Shown one piece after another: positions 1 to 8,757 of a DNA stretch of 64,000 nucleotides. Within the stretch, counting starts at the first letter, position 1, and each line of letters starts with the position of its first letter. The DNA lies in the sequence record OP889247.1. One strand, 5' to 3'. A model generated the notes under the pieces. That model saw only the letters and a program-made list of their open reading frames with translations. It searched no databases and was not told where the DNA came from. Made by a program: the position numbers and the translations under genes.

Positions 1-9
1 CTAAAGGGT

Positions 10-271
10 AATAAAATAAATGAATGTTAATATTGATAACCTTGAACATGTGTTTGATACATTGAATGGGTTTGAATCTCTCTCTAATGGAGATCTTACT
101 TCTCCAGATTCTGTTTATGCCAAGACGGTATTGAAACTCAACGGTGTAGATTTTAAAGGCAGAGAAGGTTCTGAGAGTTTTGTCTCTTCTGTTAAAGCAG
201 GTGCTCAAAAAGTTTATGAAATGATTAAGAACTTTATAAAAGCTATTAGAGATTTCTTCTTTGGTAGTAAA
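10..271 (+). repeat. Inverted repeat, copy 1 (262 bp; partner 12643..12904)
   Basis: Ungapped alignment to the reverse complement of 12643..12904; exact blocks of 89 bp (92..180), 32 bp (203..234) and 33 bp (239..271). Confidence 0.95.
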
Positions 272-943
272 ACAAAAGTTTCCAATGACATCAAAATTAC
301 TGAAAATAACACAAAGGAATTGGACACACTAATATTTGGAATCCCGAAGAGTGAATACGATGTATTTAAAGCCAAAGTTTCTGAAATTAAATTTGAAGGC
401 GAACCTTTGTTTAATATCGGGATGGAATTGGACACGTATGTTACTGGTTTAAATGGGTGGGAAGGTGGAGTAGAAAAACGAGGGTTTACAAGTCCGACAT
501 TATCGGTTGCAAAACTATTAAATGTTCCTAATATAGATTTTCACCACGTTACCAAAGTGGGGTTATTAGGTAAAGAAGTCACAAACACCCTGTCAAAAAT
601 AGAAGCTAACACTTTCTTTACTATGAATGTCGAAGCTCTAACTAAAATTAAATCAGATATTAAGAAAATCTTACCAGCTAGTGCAAAGTTTAACGAAGAA
701 GGTACCAAAACTCTTGAACACTGGACTAAGTTTCTGGAAAAATGTAATGAGGATTGTAAGGGTAGAACGGTTTCTAATGAAGAATGGAAACGTGAATTTA
801 ATGTTAGGTACGATATACTTACTTCCATAACCGTCAGTAAAGAACTAATCAGGGAATTAAAACACTGTCTTGATTATAACGCTAAACTCGTTGAAAAAAT
901 GAAAAACATGACTGGTAGGTGGAAAAAATATTTAGAACAATAA
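20..943 (+). CDS. Putative virion head protein, paralog A (conserved N-terminal ~84 aa, variable C-terminus)
   Basis: N-terminus nearly identical to 11941..12894; carries G-x-E-S motifs (NGFESL, EGSESF) like phiKZ-type prohead protease sites. Confidence 0.6.
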   Translation: MNVNIDNLEHVFDTLNGFESLSNGDLTSPDSVYAKTVLKLNGVDFKGREGSESFVSSVKAGAQKVYEMIKNFIKAIRDFFFGSKTKVSNDIKITENNTKELDTLIFGIPKSEYDVFKAKVSEIKFEGEPLFNIGMELDTYVTGLNGWEGGVEKRGFTSPTLSVAKLLNVPNIDFHHVTKVGLLGKEVTNTLSKIEANTFFTMNVEALTKIKSDIKKILPASAKFNEEGTKTLEHWTKFLEKCNEDCKGRTVSNEEWKREFNVRYDILTSITVSKELIRELKHCLDYNAKLVEKMKNMTGRWKKYLEQ

Positions 944-953
944 TAAACATATT

Positions 954-985
954 GCTAACTCTAGACCTCGAGGTCTAGAGTTAGC
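954..985. terminator. Perfect 32-bp palindrome, probable bidirectional terminator
   Basis: GCTAACTCTAGACCTCGAGGTCTAGAGTTAGC is its own reverse complement; lies between convergent genes. Confidence 0.75.
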
Positions 986-995
986 TTATTATGAA

Positions 996-1310
996 TTAAT
1001 TAGTACTAATACCAAAACTTCGATGACATACTACTTGATGTGTGTACGCATAACCACAAACAACACTAACAAGTCTAACACCACACTTGTCGTGAAAATT
1101 ATATTGTAGTTTATTTTCGCTGTCGTCTTTTAATACCAAATTAGTATCAGAGAACTTACTGTTAGTAACGAGAACTTTGGCATTTATATTTGAAATATAA
1201 CCACCGCTATCGATATCACAACCATTGATAACTACATTGGAAGATTTATCCATCATCGTGTTCAAATCTTCAGTGTTAATGCGTTCTTCATTAACCATTA
1301 AACTAATCAT
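996..1310 (-). CDS. Hypothetical protein
   Basis: 104-aa ORF co-oriented with and downstream of the helicase, ending at the palindrome. Confidence 0.55.
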   Translation of the reverse strand: MISLMVNEERINTEDLNTMMDKSSNVVINGCDIDSGGYISNINAKVLVTNSKFSDTNLVLKDDSENKLQYNFHDKCGVRLVSVVCGYAYTHQVVCHRSFGISTN

Positions 1311-1343
1311 GTTTATTCCCTTTTACTCGGTCAGTAAAGTTAA

Positions 1344-2882
1344 TTAACCCATGTCATCAAAATCAGAACCACCGCCCATAGCTTCACTGCGATGAGAGAG
1401 TGACTTTCTGAAAGTCTTCTTATCAAAGTTTATATCGTGAACTAACCCGTTTAGAGGGTCTAGTGGATAGATACCAAATCTAGCTGATTCAGCAGCACCT
1501 TCACCACGCATCTTACCTACATAGTAAGTAAAGTAACATTCATCATTACTCATCTTAGCAACATGGAACGTAATCTCTACATCTACCTCGTTGGTCAGCT
1601 TGGTAGAACCCTCAGTCATTGATTTACCACCAATGTCTCTTGCAAAGTAAATTTCAGAATCATCATCAGATTCACGAATAAACTTTTTAGCATCAGGGTT
1701 TAATTGATGAGGAGTAAAGAATGCAGCACCACGTGAACTAAAGAAGTTTCGAGCACGACGATACAAGTCTTGAAGTCTATCGGAACGAGATTCGCCTTGA
1801 CAACCAGTAAGATCAGCCATAGCCAAGTAATCATAAGCACCTACGATGATTTCATGACCACGAATTTCCAAGTTACGAACACGTTGCATAATTTCTGTGA
1901 TGTTATCGTGACTTGGGTTTACGCGAAAGAACTGGAAATCCCAACCATTATCTTTAAACCCGCTGATGATAGTTTCTACAACTGTATCAGTAGTTGCTTC
2001 AAAGAAGTTTGGTTTAACACCTGTTTTAGCAGTAACAAAAAGCTCGTACATACGTTTGAAAATCAAACCAAGAGAATCCTCAGCAGACATTAAACAAACA
2101 GTAGGAATACGACTCTTATCACGCAATACAGGTTTATTATAAAGTGGAACAGATGCCAAGATATGAGCTAGACCAAATGACTTACCACGGTTAGTCAGTG
2201 CGTTGATCATGTAGAACAATCCACGACGAATACCTAAGTCTGGATAAAGTGCTTCATTCAAACCAGCTAAACCAGTTTTCATGATACCTTCAGCAGAAGT
2301 CTCTACTTTCAATAGATCGATTACAGCTGCGATTGACTTTGGATCATTACTACTGGATTTCTCGACAACTGCTTTATCAAAGTTATTATCGGTATCTGAA
2401 ATCTTAGCGGAGATAAGTTCGTTAATTTTAATCCAATCTTCTCTTGTTAGATCTTCTTCACCATCAAACAAGAATGGGCGAACCATGGACTTAAATTCAT
2501 AACCAAATTTATTCTTAACATCATTATCACGAAGTTCTTTGATAATCTCAAAAATAAGTTTACGACTATCTTCTTCGTTATATTGATCGTTAAATGTATT
2601 ATTAAGAAGTTTCTCTAAAGTAGGATCAAGAATAACAATTTCACCAACTTTACTGACTGACAAAGATGTTATGATGTTGGAATCAACAGGTTGTTCCCTT
2701 ATCCAAACTAAAAGTTTACGTAAGAGCGCTTCTACTCGTTTATCTTGTTGAACAAGACTTTCCTTACTTTTAGGAACCGATTCAGCCAACAAACTCAATT
2801 CATCCATCATGTCTGTATCGTGCAACCGCCAAGCTTGAAACATTGCTGTTGCTATTTTGACAAGACGAATTAGGTTATTCAT
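1344..2882 (-). CDS. dnaB: DnaB-like (SF4) replicative helicase
   Basis: Walker A variant ALTNRGKS, YDYL Walker B region, TPHQLN motif; divergent from the capsid gene as in the phiKZ gp118-gp120 block. Confidence 0.85.
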   Translation of the reverse strand: MNNLIRLVKIATAMFQAWRLHDTDMMDELSLLAESVPKSKESLVQQDKRVEALLRKLLVWIREQPVDSNIITSLSVSKVGEIVILDPTLEKLLNNTFNDQYNEEDSRKLIFEIIKELRDNDVKNKFGYEFKSMVRPFLFDGEEDLTREDWIKINELISAKISDTDNNFDKAVVEKSSSNDPKSIAAVIDLLKVETSAEGIMKTGLAGLNEALYPDLGIRRGLFYMINALTNRGKSFGLAHILASVPLYNKPVLRDKSRIPTVCLMSAEDSLGLIFKRMYELFVTAKTGVKPNFFEATTDTVVETIISGFKDNGWDFQFFRVNPSHDNITEIMQRVRNLEIRGHEIIVGAYDYLAMADLTGCQGESRSDRLQDLYRRARNFFSSRGAAFFTPHQLNPDAKKFIRESDDDSEIYFARDIGGKSMTEGSTKLTNEVDVEITFHVAKMSNDECYFTYYVGKMRGEGAAESARFGIYPLDPLNGLVHDINFDKKTFRKSLSHRSEAMGGGSDFDDMG

Positions 2883-2920
2883 GCGTAACTCCTTGGTGAA
2901 AATTCTGTTAGGTAACTAAT

Positions 2921-3472
2921 ATGCAAGTTAAATTGGGATTGAAAGAGACCAACGTCTATTTCCTAAGGGAACAAGACCTTGATCTTTTGAATGCAAACAA
3001 GCTTCGACTTGTTGATCTACCTTATCTGCCTAAATTTGATAATGTGGTTGACAGTGACTGCTTGGACTGGTTGGAATACCAACGAGCAGTGGAAAAGCAA
3101 TACTGTGGTTTTAAGAATACAACTTATACACCTCTTGGTGATATTAAAAATGTTGAGTTTAACCGGACAGGTACGGTCTATAAAACAAAGTATCAAGATG
3201 TTCTAAATTCCGACAAGAAGGTTAAAACAGGAAAACATTTTTACTTCCACACAGCAGATGGTCAGGTATTCATCCTCAATAGTAATAATATTGTGAAGAA
3301 CGCCTTGTTCACTGAAGTGCCGGGAGATCTGTTTACTGCTGTTTATCGTTCCCTGCTAAATGCAGTGGGTTCTGTAGAGTTTTATTTCCGTGACTCTAAG
3401 GACTTATTCAAAACGTGCGAAGAACGCGGTTTCGTTGATCCTGGTTTTATTCTGTCCAAAGTAGTTGCGTAA
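2921..3472 (+). CDS. Hypothetical protein between helicase and capsid gene
   Basis: 183-aa ORF filling the gap; same position as phiKZ gp119 (gene order from memory). Confidence 0.7.
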   Translation: MQVKLGLKETNVYFLREQDLDLLNANKLRLVDLPYLPKFDNVVDSDCLDWLEYQRAVEKQYCGFKNTTYTPLGDIKNVEFNRTGTVYKTKYQDVLNSDKKVKTGKHFYFHTADGQVFILNSNNIVKNALFTEVPGDLFTAVYRSLLNAVGSVEFYFRDSKDLFKTCEERGFVDPGFILSKVVA

Positions 3473-3598
3473 TGCTTTGTGATTAATAAGGATAGTTGTA
3501 CGTTTAATGAATGTTATGCGTAAAACTCACTCCTGTTGCGCAAACAAATATATTTGTTTTCGATATCGACATGTCTTTTTAAATGGGAATTTCTCTTT

Positions 3599-5770
3599 AT
3601 GACTATCCAATTTTCCGTGAAGGGTGCTGGTAACAAAGGCGCTCACCTGAAGAACGTAATGGCTAACCTGCAGGCTGTACAATTCAAAGAAGGTAACGTC
3701 TGGGCTGGTATTACCGGTAACGAATCTCTGAACGCTGTTGAAACCACCATCAATGCCGGTATCGGTTTTAACCAGAAGAATGCTCTGGCTTCCGCTATTG
3801 GTTCTTTTGCTGATCAAAGCTTTGCTGATCGTGCTGCTAAATTTGCTGACATGGTTAAAGTCGGTGGTATGGAATCTTTCTCTGCTTCTATGGAAGCCGG
3901 TAAGATCAACCGTCACAAAGCCGCTACTCTGGAACTGAACGCTCGTGGTAACCGTCAATGGGATGCTGCTGAAGAACTGTTCAAAACTGTTACCATCGGC
4001 TATGCTGACGAAAACCTGCAACTGCCGATCGACGTAGCTGGTGTTGGTGCTTACAACGTTTCCGGTAACGTAAACGAATCTTTCGAAGATCTGCGCCCGA
4101 TTGCTTCTGTTCTGGCTGATGACAAGTTCTCCTCAGGTGATGACCTGAAACTGGTTCCGGTTTATCCTTCCGATGCAAGCAACCCCAATCGCGCAGCTTT
4201 CGTTGCTGAAGCCGACTGGACTCCTTGGGACGAAGCTTATGAAGCCAATGACCTGCTGGGTCGTGAAGCTCACAAGACCAACTATCTGGCAATCCGCAAA
4301 GCTAACAACCTGATGAGTCTGTGTCAAGCTCCTGGTGCTCCGCGTTTTGAACAGAACGATGAAATCGAATCTGGTTCCATCCGTCTGAACAGCTTCCTGC
4401 TGAAGATCAAAACCAAAGATGGTGAGGGTTTTGCTACCCTGGACACTTCTACCATGTCCTCTACCGCTATGCGTCCTGGTACCGGTCTGACCTCTGATGA
4501 GAAGCGTCAAATCGCTTTCGTTATCAACGGTATGGACGTCGCCAACCTGAAGACCAAAGCTGGTGCGCCGACCCAACTGTTCAAAACCCTGACTGATGCC
4601 GGTCTGCAAGTCTTTGTACAGTTCGAGTACTCTGCTACCTATCAGCGCTCTACCCGTGCTCTGTCCCCGACTGTATCTCCTGTTACCATTGCTTATGTAA
4701 TGAAGAACGGTGAGAAGCTGGTTCCGGGTACTGCTGGCATGCCTGCTGATATTCAAGCTCTGATCACCGCTCAGCTTGTAGAAGCTTCTGTTCACGGTGT
4801 TGTTCTGAAAATGAACCACAACAACGTTAACCAGAGCCGCTACGGTACCACCGTTGTGTTTGCTAACACCATCAAGAACTACGGTGTTCGTCGTCGTAAC
4901 CCGATCTCTGTTAAGTATCCGATGCAAGGTGATGACACCAACGCTGACGTGCTGGCTCAGCTGATCAAGCAGATGGATGTGCTGGTTACTCGTGAAATGT
5001 CCCATGACGCATTCCGTGCAGCCCATGGTCACTTTGCATACCTGTATGACAACAACGGCCAGCAGATGGTTAACATCAACGATGATAGCTCCTCTGTTCT
5101 GCCGGGTCAGCACTTCCTGAACACCACCGCTGTACACAGCAAGTTCAAGCTGCTGGAGCAAGTGTCTACTCTGGATTCCAAAGACGCTCTGGAGAACATC
5201 CGCGCTGTCCTGGTTAACAAGATCTATGACATCATCACCGCTCTGCGTGTGAACTCCAACGTAGCTGCTTTGAAAGAGCTGGATGGTCGTGCTGAAGAGT
5301 ATCGCGTAATCGCCCACTCCTCCATGGCCCCGTTCCTGATGAACGCAGGTGACTACCGTACCTTTGGTAACAACGTCAAGTTTGAAGTTGTTGAAACCAA
5401 CATCAACTCTGAGAAGGGTCTGCTGTGGGTTGTGCCGAAGTCCAACACCAAAGATGACGAAATCGACATCTATGGTGGTATGGGTATCTGCGTGACCAAG
5501 GAACTGTTGGTCATCGAAGGTACTGTATCCCAAGCTGATCGCCAGTACCGTATGCTGATCACCCAGCCTGCTTATCAGCACCACGCTCTGAGTTGTGTTG
5601 CTGGCCTGGCCGAGATCGAAGACATTGCTCAGCTGCTGAGTGACGAAGGTCTGATCAGTGCTGTCAACAAGCACATGGTACAAGTCAGTGGTTCCACCAA
5701 TCCTGCCGGTGTCCAGAAGGTAGAAGTAACTAACTTCCCGGCTGGTGCTGGTACTGTAACTGTACCGTAA
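3599..5770 (+). CDS. Major capsid protein (phiKZ gp120-like); start moved from 3536 to ATG 3599
   Basis: ~720 aa, strongest highly-expressed codon bias in the window, G-x-E-S processing motifs (TGNESL, GGMESF), conserved position, strong terminator downstream. Confidence 0.85.
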   Translation: MTIQFSVKGAGNKGAHLKNVMANLQAVQFKEGNVWAGITGNESLNAVETTINAGIGFNQKNALASAIGSFADQSFADRAAKFADMVKVGGMESFSASMEAGKINRHKAATLELNARGNRQWDAAEELFKTVTIGYADENLQLPIDVAGVGAYNVSGNVNESFEDLRPIASVLADDKFSSGDDLKLVPVYPSDASNPNRAAFVAEADWTPWDEAYEANDLLGREAHKTNYLAIRKANNLMSLCQAPGAPRFEQNDEIESGSIRLNSFLLKIKTKDGEGFATLDTSTMSSTAMRPGTGLTSDEKRQIAFVINGMDVANLKTKAGAPTQLFKTLTDAGLQVFVQFEYSATYQRSTRALSPTVSPVTIAYVMKNGEKLVPGTAGMPADIQALITAQLVEASVHGVVLKMNHNNVNQSRYGTTVVFANTIKNYGVRRRNPISVKYPMQGDDTNADVLAQLIKQMDVLVTREMSHDAFRAAHGHFAYLYDNNGQQMVNINDDSSSVLPGQHFLNTTAVHSKFKLLEQVSTLDSKDALENIRAVLVNKIYDIITALRVNSNVAALKELDGRAEEYRVIAHSSMAPFLMNAGDYRTFGNNVKFEVVETNINSEKGLLWVVPKSNTKDDEIDIYGGMGICVTKELLVIEGTVSQADRQYRMLITQPAYQHHALSCVAGLAEIEDIAQLLSDEGLISAVNKHMVQVSGSTNPAGVQKVEVTNFPAGAGTVTVP

Positions 5771-5810
5771 TAACTACGTAATGTAGTTAAGTTGTTAATA
5801 CGCTAACTAA

Positions 5811-5843
5811 AACTCCTACTCTCCCAAAAGGAGAGTAGGAGTT
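5811..5843 (+). terminator. Rho-independent terminator after the capsid gene
   Basis: 14-bp stem AACTCCTACTCTCC / GGAGAGTAGGAGTT, loop CAAAA, T-rich tail. Confidence 0.85.
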
Positions 5844-5865
5844 ATGTTTTGTCCTCTATTTTCTT

Positions 5866-5897
5866 TGTTCTATATTTTTTCAGATAGATATTATTAA
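5866..5897 (+). promoter_or_regulatory. Conserved phage promoter-like motif (probably early), copy 1
   Basis: TGTTCTATATTTTTTCAGATAGATATTATTAA, identical 32-mer at 46346..46377; variants at 35178 and 49337; all intergenic and upstream of + strand genes. Confidence 0.7.
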
Positions 5898-5950
5898 CTT
5901 GTAATGTCAGGGAGGTTTATTTCTGATGTATTAATAATAGAGAAAATAAG

Positions 5951-6979
5951 ATGAACAATTCACGAGTACATAAAAACTCTGAATTTGGATTTCGTTCTCT
6001 TATTGAGAACAACACTTTCGAAGATCTTTATCTGGTTCATCGTTCTGGTGTGAAGACTATTCTTCCTGCTAAGACTAGTGAAACATTGAATAGAGATCCT
6101 TTCATGGTTAATCAATTGATTATCTATGGGGAAGTGGGAGTGCCTGATTGTGTATTAACAGATATGATTGACACCAAAACTGGTGAGAGTCCTTTTCTGT
6201 TGGAACAACTGGGTAATCATCTATCCGAATTCAAACAAGAACATCCTTATTGTCAACATTGGGCAACACCTTGGGATCGCGCCTTCCATACTTGTCACGA
6301 TATTAACAAGAACTATTTTGTTAGTGAGTCACTGGGGGTATTGGTTTGTAAAGTTCCAGAGTTAGATAACGTTTTAGCTAAATCGGGATTCCTTCCCATG
6401 TACGCACTTCATAAAGAGATGCCAGAACCTAAGTTAGGTGACGACATGTCTATTGAGGACCGTAACTTTAGCAATAGTGATATTCTTCATGCAACAGCTG
6501 TAGTAATTGACAAGCGTAATAAAATGGGTACTCTCTGGACTACTGTGTTCGGACAGACTTACGAATTACCAGTCATCACCAACTCCCAATTGGAAGATGG
6601 TGTATATTTGAAATCAGGTAGCACTGGCAACGGTCCTTTTGAGTTTATTGCTTATAACTCTACTGATTTTGATAAACTGATTCGTGAACGCAATATCCAT
6701 CGTAAACGTGATGACGCAATCTTTGATCCGAGTAATAAAGAACTGGCAGCTAAGTTAACTGAACTCAGTAAACTAAAAGCTGAACATAAGAAAGTAAAAC
6801 TCGAATTACAAGAGTTGATAATTGAGCACAAGAAAGTCAAGGAGAAACATAAAGAAGAGTTTGATACCTTAAAAGGTAACAGGCTCAATAATACTATACT
6901 GGATTGGTTTAGAGCAATCATGGGTCCGTTTGGAGGGGATATCAAACGACTTATAGGTGGATTATTCACGTTTGCTTAG
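5951..6979 (+). CDS. Hypothetical protein with C-terminal coiled coil
   Basis: 342 aa; heptad-rich LTELSKLKAEHKKVKLELQELIIEHKKVK region; directly precedes the RNAP subunit. Confidence 0.75.
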   Translation: MNNSRVHKNSEFGFRSLIENNTFEDLYLVHRSGVKTILPAKTSETLNRDPFMVNQLIIYGEVGVPDCVLTDMIDTKTGESPFLLEQLGNHLSEFKQEHPYCQHWATPWDRAFHTCHDINKNYFVSESLGVLVCKVPELDNVLAKSGFLPMYALHKEMPEPKLGDDMSIEDRNFSNSDILHATAVVIDKRNKMGTLWTTVFGQTYELPVITNSQLEDGVYLKSGSTGNGPFEFIAYNSTDFDKLIRERNIHRKRDDAIFDPSNKELAAKLTELSKLKAEHKKVKLELQELIIEHKKVKEKHKEEFDTLKGNRLNNTILDWFRAIMGPFGGDIKRLIGGLFTFA

Positions 6980-7037
6980 TTGATAAACCAATCGGTATTG
7001 GAAATAACAAGCACGACTAACATACAAAGGAGAAGCA

Positions 7038-8738
7038 ATGGATCCGCAGTTGCTAAGAAAGATCTCCAAGACCAGAGAACCGTTTACACCGGAACTGGTT
7101 GAAGGATGGCACGAAAAAGATTTGAACAAGAGTGTCACGTATCTTGAAAACTGTTTTAGAAATATGTTTAGATCGTTAGAAGAAAAAGGATATGTTTTCG
7201 ACGGGATCGAAAAAGTTCCTCCTCTGGAGTTTTATAACGCAATCACCAAACCAGGTAACGGAACGAGTTCCGGAACAAAAGAGTTTGAAATTGCTAAGAA
7301 CTCTTTTTATGGTGTGCGCGTAAAACATCACTTCAAAGACCCTGTAACAGGTGTATGTCAAGAACTCAAAGAACCTTTGATGTTCCTACCGTACACTAAT
7401 CGACATGGAGATATTTATACTCGTAACTCACTGTATGGTTTACAGTATGTGTTATCAGAACGAGGTCCTTCCGTAGACGGCGGTAAAGATAAAACTATCT
7501 TTATTCGTGTAACAGGATACAAGTTCAAAGTAACCAAGGAATTGCATACCTTTAACAGGGTATATAAAGCAGGTGAAAATACAATCACCAATGCAATGAA
7601 CATGACGCTCCCCGCAAACCGCTTTTATCAAGCGCGCAAGGATCGTCGCATTACCAACACTAAGATTCCCATTCCTTTGTTGAGCTGGTATCTGTTTGGT
7701 AAATATGGTTTCTCTCACTGTATGGAAGAGTATGGTGAATGCGAGTATCGTTTAGATACTGTTGACACTTTGCTTGAACATTATAAAGAGAAAGATGGTT
7801 GGGAGATTTATAGTAATACAGGCGCTATTCACCCAAAGGCTTTTGACAGACCAGCTGGTATGCCTTTGATGGATGATCCTGCAATTGCTATTCGTAGTAA
7901 GAATAAAGATGGACAAGTTAGTAACCTAGCGCTGCAATATACTGCTGGACTGCTATACATGTTCGGAGTATTCAACCATGATCTTGATATTACCAAATTG
8001 GATGATATCAATTATTGGCGTTTAATCATTGGTCGCTGTTCTATTAAGTTAGCGCTGCGTACTGAAGATGATATTTATCTGAAACAGATGAACGAACATT
8101 TCCTGTCTGTTGAAGAGTACGCTGATGATCTTACCATTGACAAGTACAACAAGTTCGATATTGAAGTAAAGAACACGTATGACTTGCTCAATTATCTCAT
8201 GTTGAATTACTCTAATCTGATTAAGTTGTATGATCCAGCTGACATGCTCCACAAGGAACTTTCCTCTATGGAATTCCTAATGGATTACATGATCAACCAA
8301 GCTAACAACTTTAAGTTCCAAATCAGGAATAAAGCAGTTATCATTCCAAAGATCATTAATCGCGAAATTGATACGTTCTTCCGTCTGTTTAATATAGACA
8401 AGAGTGTTCGTGATAATAATGTTTGCTTGGAACAAACCGGAACGGATAATCCGTTTATCGATTATGGATTGGGTGTGATTCTTCAAACCAAGGCTAATGT
8501 TGGAAAAGGTCCTGGTAGAAAGAAAGAAGACTTCGATCCCAATCATCCGGGATCCAAGATTCATGCATCACAACCCTTTGTCTGTAGTTATCAATTTACA
8601 ACTAAACCGAATCCAGATGGACGAGGACTACTACAACCACGAGTAAGATTGGTTGCTGGTAGATTCGTAGCGCTCCATCCGGAAGATCGACAGTTGTATG
8701 AAGCAACGAATCATCGCCTCAAGTTTAGAGAGCGCTAA
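7038..8738 (+). CDS. Non-virion RNA polymerase beta subunit, N-terminal part (phiKZ gp123-like)
   Basis: LPY..G...YVLSERG segment resembling the RpoB N-terminal region; size and position two genes after the capsid gene match the phiKZ-like block. Confidence 0.7.
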   Translation: MDPQLLRKISKTREPFTPELVEGWHEKDLNKSVTYLENCFRNMFRSLEEKGYVFDGIEKVPPLEFYNAITKPGNGTSSGTKEFEIAKNSFYGVRVKHHFKDPVTGVCQELKEPLMFLPYTNRHGDIYTRNSLYGLQYVLSERGPSVDGGKDKTIFIRVTGYKFKVTKELHTFNRVYKAGENTITNAMNMTLPANRFYQARKDRRITNTKIPIPLLSWYLFGKYGFSHCMEEYGECEYRLDTVDTLLEHYKEKDGWEIYSNTGAIHPKAFDRPAGMPLMDDPAIAIRSKNKDGQVSNLALQYTAGLLYMFGVFNHDLDITKLDDINYWRLIIGRCSIKLALRTEDDIYLKQMNEHFLSVEEYADDLTIDKYNKFDIEVKNTYDLLNYLMLNYSNLIKLYDPADMLHKELSSMEFLMDYMINQANNFKFQIRNKAVIIPKIINREIDTFFRLFNIDKSVRDNNVCLEQTGTDNPFIDYGLGVILQTKANVGKGPGRKKEDFDPNHPGSKIHASQPFVCSYQFTTKPNPDGRGLLQPRVRLVAGRFVALHPEDRQLYEATNHRLKFRER

Positions 8739-8757
8739 CGCATAAGGTGGTATTATA

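Noticed and set aside
3527-4292. Other antisense and alternate-frame ORFs over the capsid gene (3527..4021, 3738..3938, 3990..4292)
   Set aside because: Fully nested shadows with no independent signals
4133-5683. 516-aa antisense ORF inside the capsid gene
   Set aside because: Expected shadow of strong codon bias (TTA, CTA and TCA codons avoided on the sense strand); no RBS or protein-like motifs
6770-6850. EHKKVK duplication in the 342-aa protein
   Set aside because: Ordinary coiled-coil heptad duplication
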